From Escherichia coli (lineage in GTDB: Bacteria; Pseudomonadota; Gammaproteobacteria; Enterobacterales; Enterobacteriaceae), in the NCBI RefSeq assembly GCF_024700885.2, contig NZ_CP117016.1: a DNA stretch of 64,000 nt; one strand, given 5' to 3'. The translations under genes and the position numbers were made by a program. The stretch's first letter is position 1. Every line of letters begins with the position of its first letter. Positions 1-8,640 of this stretch are shown piece after piece. The notes beneath the pieces were generated by a model that ran no database searches, was not told the origin of the DNA, and saw only the letters and a program-made list of their open reading frames with translations.

Positions 1-56
1 ATGAATACGTGGTTGCTGTTGAGCATCAACTTCGTGGCTGGATGTGAGGAAGAAAA

Positions 57-761
57 ATGGCTACATCGACAGTAATTCCAGGAGATATCACCACGCTAAA
101 GGGAGATGTCAGTAAAACTAAGGAAGATATTTCCTCAATTAACGGAAAAGTATCAACGCTTCAGACTGATATGACCAGTGCAAAGCAGGATATCAGCACC
201 AGATACACAAAAACTGAAGTTGATAATAAGCTGAAAAACAAAGTGGAAGTGAACGATCTGGAAAGTGGTCGTTATGGCGGAGATTTTTATCCACTGACAG
301 GTCGTGAAGCGTTTTATTTATGGAATTTGGCCACGACTACAGCGGCGGCAAACCTTTATCTTAATCCTGACCCCGCAATTTCGTCTGTGCTGCGGTCAAC
401 ATCGTCTATCCGCTATAAACATTCAGTAGAGACAATAGATTCAGAGCACGCTGATCTCATTTTCAGGATGCGCCCTGTGTGGTACAGGTCACAATGCGAA
501 AATGACAGGCGTGACTGGGGATTCTACGGATTGATTGCCGAGGAAGTAGGAGAAATTGCCCCTCAGTTTGTACACTGGCGACCAGCTAACGAAGATGATG
601 CTCCTGAAGCTATTTCCAGCAATGGCCTTGTTGCCGAAGGTGTAATGTACGAACGTCTGGTTGTTCCACTGATTCACCATATCCAGAAGCTGACTGAAAG
701 AGTTGATGAACTTGAGTCAGAATTAAAGTTGTTATTAACTTCCCGAAGCGATATCGGATAA
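57..761 (+). CDS. Phage tail-fibre-like protein: N-terminal coiled-coil, C-terminal intramolecular-chaperone (peptidase S74-like) domain; possibly a fragment
   Basis: 234-aa ORF with heptad-like N-terminus and C-terminal GFYGLIAEEV...VMYERL segment typical of tail-fibre/endosialidase chaperone domains. In-frame stop just upstream at 45-47; another frame closes at 73-75. Confidence 0.5.
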   Translation: MATSTVIPGDITTLKGDVSKTKEDISSINGKVSTLQTDMTSAKQDISTRYTKTEVDNKLKNKVEVNDLESGRYGGDFYPLTGREAFYLWNLATTTAAANLYLNPDPAISSVLRSTSSIRYKHSVETIDSEHADLIFRMRPVWYRSQCENDRRDWGFYGLIAEEVGEIAPQFVHWRPANEDDAPEAISSNGLVAEGVMYERLVVPLIHHIQKLTERVDELESELKLLLTSRSDIG

Positions 762-771
762 AGGAGGAATA

Positions 772-1059
772 ATGGATATAACACCTTTCCTTCATGCACT
801 TTGTGCTGTGGCTGCGCAGGTACTGGTTGGTCTTTTTACCGGAAACTGGGCTTACGGGGCGATAGCCGGTTGTACGTTCTTCATTGCGCGTGAACACACC
901 CAGGCAGAATATCGCTGGATCGAAATGTTCGGGCATGGCAAGCGAATGAATATGCCGTGGTGGGGCGGTTTTGATACACGTGCATGGGATGTGGCAAGCC
1001 TGATGGATTTTGCTGTGCCGGTGGTGGCGTGTCTGCTGATCTGGCTGTTGATCCGTTAA
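772..1059 (+). CDS. Small hydrophobic membrane protein, hypothetical (phage moron-like)
   Basis: 95-aa ORF with two hydrophobic helices; strong RBS AAGGAGG 5 nt upstream of ATG; follows the tail-fibre-like ORF. Confidence 0.4.
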   Translation: MDITPFLHALCAVAAQVLVGLFTGNWAYGAIAGCTFFIAREHTQAEYRWIEMFGHGKRMNMPWWGGFDTRAWDVASLMDFAVPVVACLLIWLLIR

Positions 1060-1064
1060 ATATA

Positions 1065-1110
1065 AAAAGCCGCAGTAACTTGCCATGGCAGGATACTGCG
1101 GCTGGTTTGT
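1065..1110. terminator. Bidirectional terminator-like hairpin between convergent genes
   Basis: Inverted repeat agccgcagta / tactgcggct (1068-1077 and 1094-1103), flanked by A-run upstream and T-rich tract downstream. Confidence 0.4.
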
Positions 1111-1166
1111 GAGTTTAAATAGTGTGTTTATTGCGGTATATTTAAAGGACTTAATGGATTACATAT

Positions 1167-2543
1167 CTATGATATTCCTGAGATATCCTCTTCAAGCTCT
1201 TTTACTGATTTCGCAATTTTAAATTTAAACTTCCTCTCTATTTCACTATTGCTAAGTTTTTTTTCCTTCTCTTTACCTATCCACATAGAAACAAGTTCTC
1301 GTTTCTGAGATATATGTAAATTATCAAAGTTAGGTATGTATTTAAAAGTCTCCGCTCTACCTCTGCGGAGTTCATAGAAAGTTTTAATCAAAGACTTTGG
1401 TTTTATTTCTGATGAAAGGCCGAATCGGTGGATAAGATTATTGATAGTATGATTAACAGAGCGAAGTTGAGCTGTTGAGGTTATTTGTGAGAAGTACGAT
1501 ACCCATCCCAATCGTTTACCTTCAAACACACATCCCGTAATTCTGAGATTTAGTTTCCACTGACAATATGCAACAGCTCGTTCTTTATCACGCTTACTTT
1601 TAGCTTGTAGTAGAGCGTGCCTGTATGCAGTAAAAATCCTTGCTAAAGATGACTCAAATCTAAGAATGCTCTCATGTTTTATCAATAATTCTCGATTTTC
1701 TATGTGGTATCCCAAAAAGTTAAAACTTTCATCCAAGCTGCCTACTTTGGATTTTGAGTTCTCTTCATTTAATGGATGTGGGTTTAAATTTAATGATTGA
1801 AGCTTATCAATGATATGAGAAGCTATTTTTGTTGCTTGATATTTTGGTGTTAAAATAAGAATGTCATCAACGTATCGCATGTACCATATGTCATGCATTT
1901 TATTGATTTCATCATCAAAATTAGATAGTGATATTTCAGCTAAAATGTTTGATATCGCTAATCCCTGAGGTACCCCTCTGGTATTATTCGGGATACCTTT
2001 GCTTCCTGTTGTTCCACTTACAGTAGGCACGATTAATGATGATGTTATTAACTGTCTAATTTCTTTTTTTCTAATTTTATTTTTTATTGTATTAATTATC
2101 AATTTATGTTCAATTGAAGGATAGAAACTTTTAAGATCTATTTTTGCATATTCAGCATAAAGACTGCTGTTTAATGCTTCTTTCAATGAGTCAATTACTG
2201 TATGTGGTAGTTTTAATCTGGAGTTAGGATATATTTCCGTAAGGCATTCACAGAGAGTTCTAAGAGTAATTCTGTCCCTAGCAGTTGGTATGGAAATCTG
2301 TCTGGGTGTAGAGTTAGCGCCTTTAGATATTAATTTTTCTTTATATGCTGTAAATTTGTAATTGCCAGAGTTAACCTTTTCAAAAATGAAAGCGATCTCA
2401 TTTTTTATTGTCAAATCAAGTTTTGATGGGCGAATCCGATCTATGCCAATCGCTCCTGATTCTTTGATTTTTTCAGTGTATACTTTTAGAAGGTTTTTTT
2501 TCGAGAATGACTTTTTAAAAATTCTGCTTGCAGTCATAGTCAA
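1167..2543 (-). CDS. Reverse transcriptase, non-retron, defence-associated (UG/Abi/DRT-like); exact family unassigned
   Basis: 458-aa ORF with ordered RT motifs: PRQISIPTARDRITLR, KIDLKSFYPSI (catalytic Asp), GVPQGLAISN, YMRYVDDILIL (YxDD), FLGYHI; plus ~150-aa helical C-terminal extension. AT-rich. Confidence 0.8.
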   Translation of the reverse strand: MTMTASRIFKKSFSKKNLLKVYTEKIKESGAIGIDRIRPSKLDLTIKNEIAFIFEKVNSGNYKFTAYKEKLISKGANSTPRQISIPTARDRITLRTLCECLTEIYPNSRLKLPHTVIDSLKEALNSSLYAEYAKIDLKSFYPSIEHKLIINTIKNKIRKKEIRQLITSSLIVPTVSGTTGSKGIPNNTRGVPQGLAISNILAEISLSNFDDEINKMHDIWYMRYVDDILILTPKYQATKIASHIIDKLQSLNLNPHPLNEENSKSKVGSLDESFNFLGYHIENRELLIKHESILRFESSLARIFTAYRHALLQAKSKRDKERAVAYCQWKLNLRITGCVFEGKRLGWVSYFSQITSTAQLRSVNHTINNLIHRFGLSSEIKPKSLIKTFYELRRGRAETFKYIPNFDNLHISQKRELVSMWIGKEKEKKLSNSEIERKFKFKIAKSVKELEEDISGIS

Positions 2544-3066
2544 TCCAAAGATATATTAATGGGAGTATATAAAGGGCGGCAGTAGTAAATATTCGAAGTA
2601 ATATCCATAAAATAACAATTATTTTTTCTTTTTGTGTGGGGATCCTCGTCGTAAGTCCAACTTGAGTTACCCTTGAAATTTTATCATCTATGTCACGGTG
2701 ATTCTCAACCTCATTGAGCAAATTAAAATATTTTTCTTTCTGTTCAAGAGTTAACTGTTGACTGGTGGTAATGTCAAAATAGAGTCGCTGTAGTGCAATA
2801 TAATTCCTTCTCATGGCTATTGCTCGACCACGAAAATCTAGGTTAGATACGATCAGCGAAATACCCAGTAGGGCCACCGAAAGTATTGCCGCAACGATAT
2901 CTGTGTTATCTCCTAGAACTTTTGGAAATCGCAACGTTACAATTGAAAGTACCGCACTCAATATAGCATACCAAACGAGGATAAATTGAGAGTGCTTTTC
3001 AAGCCATTCTAGTCGATGGTGCGCTTGGATACGGGCTTTATATGTAAACCAAATATTGTCATGCAT
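2515..3066 (-). CDS. Multi-pass membrane protein with SLATT-like topology; putative effector partner of the RT
   Basis: 183-aa ORF with hydrophobic helices ILVWYAILSAVLSIVTLRF, IVAAILSVALLGISLIVSNL and C-terminal IIVILWILLRIFTTAALYILPLIYLWI. Its stop overlaps the RT start by 29 nt on the same strand. Confidence 0.5.
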   Translation of the reverse strand: MHDNIWFTYKARIQAHHRLEWLEKHSQFILVWYAILSAVLSIVTLRFPKVLGDNTDIVAAILSVALLGISLIVSNLDFRGRAIAMRRNYIALQRLYFDITTSQQLTLEQKEKYFNLLNEVENHRDIDDKISRVTQVGLTTRIPTQKEKIIVILWILLRIFTTAALYILPLIYLWIDYDCKQNF

Positions 3067-3288
3067 AAAAGATCCTTTTTAAAAGCGGAAGGGGCAGGAT
3101 ATATTGGAATCATTGAACATCCTGCCCGGCAGGATCAGTGAGCATAAGCTCAACAGTAAAATATTACTGTTCATTATCAGAGCCGCCCTTGCATGCACAA
3201 GAGGAAAAACCTGCCCCATCCTTTTGAATTATTACAATTTAATGATCTTAAAGTCAATACAAGTGAATGGTGTCCAGAGATGATGAAC

Positions 3289-3537
3289 TTAATGAACAAA
3301 CCACTCGTCAGCAGACTCCCAGGTATCTTTCAGAGTTTCCTGAACAAAAGTTTTAGCTGAATCTTTATCGGCGGTGCGCGTAACAGAAAGGCCATCGTTG
3401 CTGGTGGCTTTTACGATCACCTCTACATCGTCATAACGCTTACTGATGCGTCGAGTTAATTCTTCCTTTAACGCATCCACAGCACCGCTTGGCATTTTAG
3501 TCATTTTCTCTTTAGCTATGCAGATCTCAATACGCAT
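3289..3537 (-). CDS. DinI-family DNA-damage-inducible protein (prophage-type)
   Basis: 82-aa [12 protein letters not shown]...[11 protein letters not shown]...[16 protein letters not shown] matches the DinI family pattern. Confidence 0.7.
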   Translation of the reverse strand: MRIEICIAKEKMTKMPSGAVDALKEELTRRISKRYDDVEVIVKATSNDGLSVTRTADKDSAKTFVQETLKDTWESADEWFVH

Positions 3538-3552
3538 AAAAATCCCTCTACA

Positions 3553-3596
3553 CTGTGTTTGTATACAGTGTTATTTTTAACTGTATGAATAAACAG
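3553..3596 (-). promoter_or_regulatory. Two tandem LexA (SOS) boxes upstream of the dinI-like gene
   Basis: CACTGTGTTTGTATACAGTG (3551-3570) and CTGTATGAATAAACAG (3581-3596) both fit CTGT-N8-ACAG, 16-60 bp upstream of the minus-strand start. Confidence 0.6.
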
Positions 3597-3756
3597 TGTC
3601 AATAGAACAAAGATTGCTGCATGTACAAATGTTCTTTGGCTACAAATACACCTACTGATCATGTTCTGCTATGCTCTGATACCTCCAAAATGTACAATCA
3701 GCGGCATGAATTTTTCTTTGTACATATGATTGTACATAATTAAAGAGACAACAATT

Positions 3757-5343
3757 ATGACAAGCCTTTTGGCCGCAGAGGTAGCGAAAAGAAGAACCTT
3801 TGCAATTATTTCTCACCCGGACGCCGGTAAGACTACCATCACCGAGAAGGTGCTGCTGTTCGGACAGGCCATTCAGACCGCCGGTACAGTAAAAGGCCGT
3901 GGTTCCAACCAGCACGCTAAGTCGGACTGGATGGAGATGGAAAAGCAGCGTGGGATCTCCATTACTACTTCTGTGATGCAGTTTCCGTATCACGATTGCC
4001 TGGTTAACCTGCTCGACACCCCGGGGCACGAAGACTTCTCGGAAGATACCTATCGTACCCTGACGGCGGTGGACTGCTGCCTGATGGTTATCGACGCTGC
4101 AAAAGGTGTTGAAGATCGTACCCGTAAGCTGATGGAAGTTACCCGTCTGCGCGACACGCCGATCCTCACCTTTATGAACAAACTTGACCGTGATATCCGC
4201 GACCCGATGGAGCTGCTCGATGAAGTTGAGAACGAGCTGAAAATCGGCTGCGCACCGATCACCTGGCCGATTGGCTGCGGCAAGCTGTTTAAAGGCGTTT
4301 ACCACCTTTATAAAGATGAAACCTATCTCTATCAGAGCGGTAAAGGCCACACGATTCAGGAAGTCCGCATTGTCAAAGGGCTGAATAACCCGGATCTCGA
4401 CGCTGCGGTTGGTGAAGATCTGGCACAGCAGCTACGTGACGAACTGGAACTGGTGAAAGGCGCGTCTAACGAGTTCGACAAAGAGCTGTTCCTTGCGGGC
4501 GAAATCACTCCGGTATTCTTCGGTACTGCGCTGGGTAACTTCGGCGTTGATCATATGCTGGATGGCCTGGTGGAGTGGGCCCCTGCGCCGATGCCGCGTC
4601 AGACTGATACCCGTACCGTAGAGGCGAGCGAAGACAAATTTACCGGCTTCGTATTTAAAATTCAGGCCAACATGGACCCGAAACACCGCGACCGCGTGGC
4701 GTTTATGCGCGTGGTATCCGGTAAATATGAAAAAGGCATGAAGCTGCGCCAGGTGCGCACTGCGAAAGATGTGGTGATCTCCGACGCGCTGACCTTTATG
4801 GCGGGTGACCGTTCGCACGTTGAAGAAGCGTATCCTGGCGATATCCTTGGTCTGCACAACCACGGCACCATTCAGATCGGCGACACCTTTACCCAGGGTG
4901 AGATGATGAAGTTCACCGGTATTCCGAACTTCGCACCAGAACTGTTCCGTCGTATCCGCCTGAAAGATCCGCTGAAGCAAAAACAGCTACTCAAAGGGCT
5001 GGTACAGCTTTCCGAAGAGGGCGCGGTGCAGGTGTTCCGTCCGATCTCCAACAACGATCTGATCGTTGGTGCAGTTGGTGTGCTGCAGTTTGATGTGGTG
5101 GTAGCGCGTCTGAAGAGCGAATACAACGTTGAAGCAGTGTATGAGTCAGTCAACGTTGCCACTGCCCGCTGGGTAGAATGTGCGGACGCGAAGAAATTCG
5201 AAGAGTTCAAGCGTAAGAACGAAAGCCAACTGGCGCTTGATGGCGGCGATAACCTCGCTTACATCGCTACCAGCATGGTCAACCTGCGCCTGGCGCAGGA
5301 ACGTTATCCGGACGTTCAGTTCCACCAGACCCGCGAGCATTAA
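3757..5343 (+). CDS. prfC: Peptide chain release factor 3
   Basis: ORF matches RF3 ([21 protein letters not shown] GTPase motif) essentially throughout; the first ~8 residues differ from the K-12 N-terminus as I recall it. Confidence 0.9.
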
Positions 5344-5352
5344 TTCTTGCCT

Positions 5353-5378
5353 CCAGGGCGCGGTAGCCGCTGCGCCCT
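5353..5378 (+). terminator. prfC terminator-like hairpin
   Basis: Inverted repeat cagggcgcgg...ccgctgcgccctg immediately after the prfC stop. Confidence 0.4.
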
Positions 5379-5735
5379 GTCAATTTCCCTTCCTTATTAG
5401 CCGCTTACGGAATGTTCTTAAAACATTCACTTTTGCTTATGTTTTCGCTGATCTCCCGAGCGGTTTCAAAATTGTGATCTATATTTAACAAAGTAATGAC
5501 ATTTCTGGCGGCGTTAAATACCGTTCAATGCGTAGATATCAGTATCTAAAGCCGTCGATTGTCATTCTACCGATATTAATAACTGATTCAGAGGCTGTAA
5601 TGGTCGTTATTCATCACCCATCGCTTTTGTGATGGCGACCATTGACTTCTGTAGAGGGTGAAGTCTCTCCCTATTCAGCAATGCAACCTCGTGTTGCCAG
5701 GCTCAAATTACGAGCAAACATACAGGAATAAATCG

Positions 5736-6341
5736 ATGACTATGACAAGACTGAAGATTTCGAAAACTCTGCTGGCTGTAATGTTGACCTCTGCCGTCGC
5801 GACCGGCTCTGCCTACGCGGAAAACAACGCACAGACTACCAATGAAAGCGCAGGGCAAAAAGTCGATAGCTCTATGAATAAAGTCGGTAATTTCATGGAT
5901 GACAGCGCCATCACCGCGAAAGTGAAGGCGGCGCTGGTGGATCATGACAACATCAAGAGCACCGATATCTCTGTCAAAACCGATCAAAAAGTCGTGACCC
6001 TGAGCGGTTTCGTTGAAAGCCAGGCTCAGGCCGAAGAGGCAGTGAAAGTGGCGAAAGGCGTTGAAGGGGTGACCTCTGTCAGCGACAAACTGCACGTTCG
6101 CGACGCTAAAGAAGGCTCGGTGAAGGGCTACGCGGGTGACACCGCCACCACCAGTGAAATCAAAGCCAAACTGCTGGCGGACGATATCGTCCCTTCCCGT
6201 CATGTGAAAGTTGAAACCACCGACGGCGTGGTTCAGCTCTCCGGTACCGTCGATTCCCAGGCACAGAGCGACCGTGCTGAAAGTATCGCCAAAGCGGTAG
6301 ATGGTGTGAAAAGCGTTAAAAATGATCTCAAAACTAAGTAA
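5736..6341 (+). CDS. osmY: Osmotically inducible periplasmic protein OsmY
   Basis: 201-aa product starting [28 protein letters not shown]; two BON domains. Confidence 0.9.
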
Positions 6342-6467
6342 TTCGTCGTAATTCGTCCTCCCGAACTTTGTCGGGAGGCGCGATGTGCACCACACTAAAA
6401 ATATCGCATTGAGTGATTTTCACGCTCATATCAAGCGGTGACATTAACTATGGTAAAGGAGACGCTT

Positions 6468-6629
6468 ATGTTTCGTTGGGGCATCATATTTCTGGTTATC
6501 GCGTTAATCGCCGCCGCACTTGGGTTTGGTGGTCTGGCCGGTACCGCTGCAGGCGCAGCTAAAATTGTCTTTGTCGTCGGGATTATTCTGTTCCTGGTGA
6601 GTTTGTTCATGGGCCGAAAACGACCCTAG
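6468..6629 (+). CDS. ytjA: Small membrane protein YtjA (DUF1328)
   Basis: 53-aa product [29 protein letters not shown]...; terminator hairpin 6660-6686 follows. Confidence 0.7.
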
Positions 6630-6747
6630 ATTTCAGACCATTAAGAAAATTTTATCCAAAGCCAGTCCAGCGGACTGGCTTTTGCGGTTTTAGCGAATAA
6701 TAAATTGCGTTACTTTGTCATTCTTTCACAACAAAAACAGGAAGGCA

Positions 6748-7824
6748 GAGGTGGGGCAGCGAATACCTGTAACGCTTGGTAATATTGCGCCGTTGTCGCT
6801 AAGGCCGTTCCAGCCTGGACGAATAGCTCTGGTGTGCGAAGGCGGCGGACAGCGTGGAATTTTCACGGCTGGCGTGCTGGATGAGTTTATGCGCGCGCAG
6901 TTTAATCCTTTCGATCTTTATCTCGGCACATCTGCCGGGGCGCAGAACCTCTCGGCGTATATCTGCAATCAGCCCGGTTACGCGCGCAAAGTCATCATGC
7001 GCTATACCACAAAACGCGAATTTTTCGATCCATTGCGCTTTGTCCGTGGAGGAAATCTTATCGATCTCGACTGGCTGGTGGAGGCCACTGCAAGCCAGAT
7101 GCCGTTGCAAATGGATACCGCCGCGCGGTTGTTTGACAGCGGCAAATCGTTTTATATGTGCGCCTGTCGTCAGGATGACTATGCGCCGAATTACTTTTTA
7201 CCAACCAAACAAAACTGGCTGGATGTGATTCGCGCCTCCAGTGCGATACCTGGCTTTTATCGTAGCGGAGTGTCGCTGGAAGGCATTAACTACCTGGATG
7301 GCGGGATCAGTGATGCGATTCCGGTTAAAGAGGCGGCAAGGCAGGGAGCAAAAACCTTGGTCGTCATCCGCACCGTGCCGTCGCAAATGTACTACACGCC
7401 GCAGTGGTTCAAACGCATGGAACGCTGGCTGGGTGACAGTAGCCTGCAGCCGCTGGTCAATCTGGTGCAGCATCATGAAACCAGCTATCGTGACATTCAG
7501 CAATTTATTGAGAAACCACCGGGCAAACTGCGGATATTCGAAATTTATCCGCCGAAGCCATTGCATAGTATCGCGCTTGGCAGTCGGATTCCGGCGCTGC
7601 GTGAAGACTATAAACTTGGGCGTTTATGCGGTCGTTATTTCCTAGCAACGGTTGGCAAGCTATTAACTGAAAAAGCGCCGCTAACCCGCCATCTGGTGCC
7701 AGTGGTGACGCCGGAATCGATTGTCATTCCGCCTGCGCCAGTCGCCAACGATACGCTGGTTGCCGAAGTGAGCGATGCTCCGCAGGCGAACGACCCGACA
7801 TTTAACAATGAGGATCTGGCTTGA
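6748..7824 (+). CDS. yjjU: Patatin-like phospholipase YjjU
   Basis: GGGQRGIFTAGVLDEF and GTSAGA patatin motifs; GTG start chosen after RBS aggaaggcagag. Confidence 0.8.
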   Translation, partial: EVGQRIPVTLGNIAPLSLRPFQPGRIALVCEGGGQRGIFTAGVLDEFMRAQFNPFDLYLGTSAGAQNLSAYICNQPGYARKVIMRYTTKREFFDPLRFVRGGNLIDLDWLVEATASQMPLQMDTAARLFDSGKSFYMCACRQDDYAPNYFLPTKQNWLDVIRASSAIPGFYRSGVSLEGINYLDGGISDAIPVKEAARQGAKTLVVIRTVPSQMYYTPQWFKRMERWLGDSSLQPLVNLVQHHETSYRDIQQFIEKPPGKLRIFEIYPPKPLHSIALGSRIPALREDYKLGRLCGRYFLATVGKLLTEKAPLTRHLVPVVTPESIVIPPAPVANDTLVAEVSDAPQANDPTFNNEDLA

Positions 7825-8600
7825 TTTGCCGTTTTATCGACACCCACTGCCATTTTGATTTCCCGCCGTTTAGTGGCGATGAAGAGGCCAGCCTGCAACG
7901 CGCGGCACAAGCGGGCGTAGGCAAGATCATTGTTCCGGCGACAGAGGCGGCAAATTTTGCCCGTGTGTTGGCATTAGCGGAAAATTATCAACCGCTGTAT
8001 GCCTCGTTAGGGTTGCATCCGGGGATGTTAGAAAAACATAGCGATGCATCGCTGGAGCAGTTACAGCAGGCGCTGGAAAGGCATCCGGCGAAGGTGGTGG
8101 CGGTGGGGGAGATCGGCCTGGATCTCTTTGGCGACGATCCGCAATTTGAGAGGCAGCAGTGGTTACTCGACGAACAACTGAAACTGGCGAAACGCTACGA
8201 TCTGCCGGTGATCCTGCATTCACGGCGCACGCACGACAAACTGGCGATGCATCTTAAACGCCACGATTTGCCGCGTACTGGCGTGGTTCACGGTTTTTCC
8301 GGCAGCCTGCAACAGGCTGAACGGTTTGTACAGCTGGGCTACAAAATTGGCGTAGGCGGCACTATCACCTATCCACGCGCCAGTAAAACCCGCGATGTCA
8401 TCGCAAAATTACCGCTGGCATCGTTGTTGCTGGAAACCGATGCGCCGGATATGCCGCTCAACGGCTTTCAGGGGAAGCCTAACCGCCCGGAACAGGCTGC
8501 GCGGGTGTTTGCCGTACTTTGCGAGTTACGCCCGGAACCAGAAGATGAGATTGCCGAAGTGTTGCTTAATAATACGTATGCGTTGTTTAACGTGCCGTAG
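7821..8600 (+). CDS. yjjV: TatD-family metal-dependent hydrolase YjjV
   Basis: FIDTHCHFDF TatD signature; overlaps the yjjU stop. Confidence 0.8.
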   Translation: MICRFIDTHCHFDFPPFSGDEEASLQRAAQAGVGKIIVPATEAANFARVLALAENYQPLYASLGLHPGMLEKHSDASLEQLQQALERHPAKVVAVGEIGLDLFGDDPQFERQQWLLDEQLKLAKRYDLPVILHSRRTHDKLAMHLKRHDLPRTGVVHGFSGSLQQAERFVQLGYKIGVGGTITYPRASKTRDVIAKLPLASLLLETDAPDMPLNGFQGKPNRPEQAARVFAVLCELRPEPEDEIAEVLLNNTYALFNVP

Positions 8601-8640
8601 GCAGGACAAGGCGTTTACGCCACATCCGGCATGTCACAAA
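8601..8640. repeat. REP-like palindromic element
   Basis: Reverse complement reads gccggatgtggcgtaaacgccttgtcctgcc, which is REP-consensus-like. Confidence 0.4.

Noticed and set aside
1167-3066. Retron or group II intron interpretation of the reverse transcriptase
   Set aside because: The RT is ~460 aa with YVDD rather than the shorter retron RT; the adjacent gene order (membrane protein immediately upstream, overlapping) leaves no obvious msr-msd position; no maturase or endonuclease domain or intron-like flanks. An HMM search is still needed to be certain.
3652-5340. Minus-strand ORFs inside prfC (3652-4350, 4050-4283, 4432-4980, 4662-4871, 4872-5210, 5146-5340)
   Set aside because: They lie antisense within a well-supported conserved gene and have no independent start signals or recognisable motifs; judged shadow ORFs.
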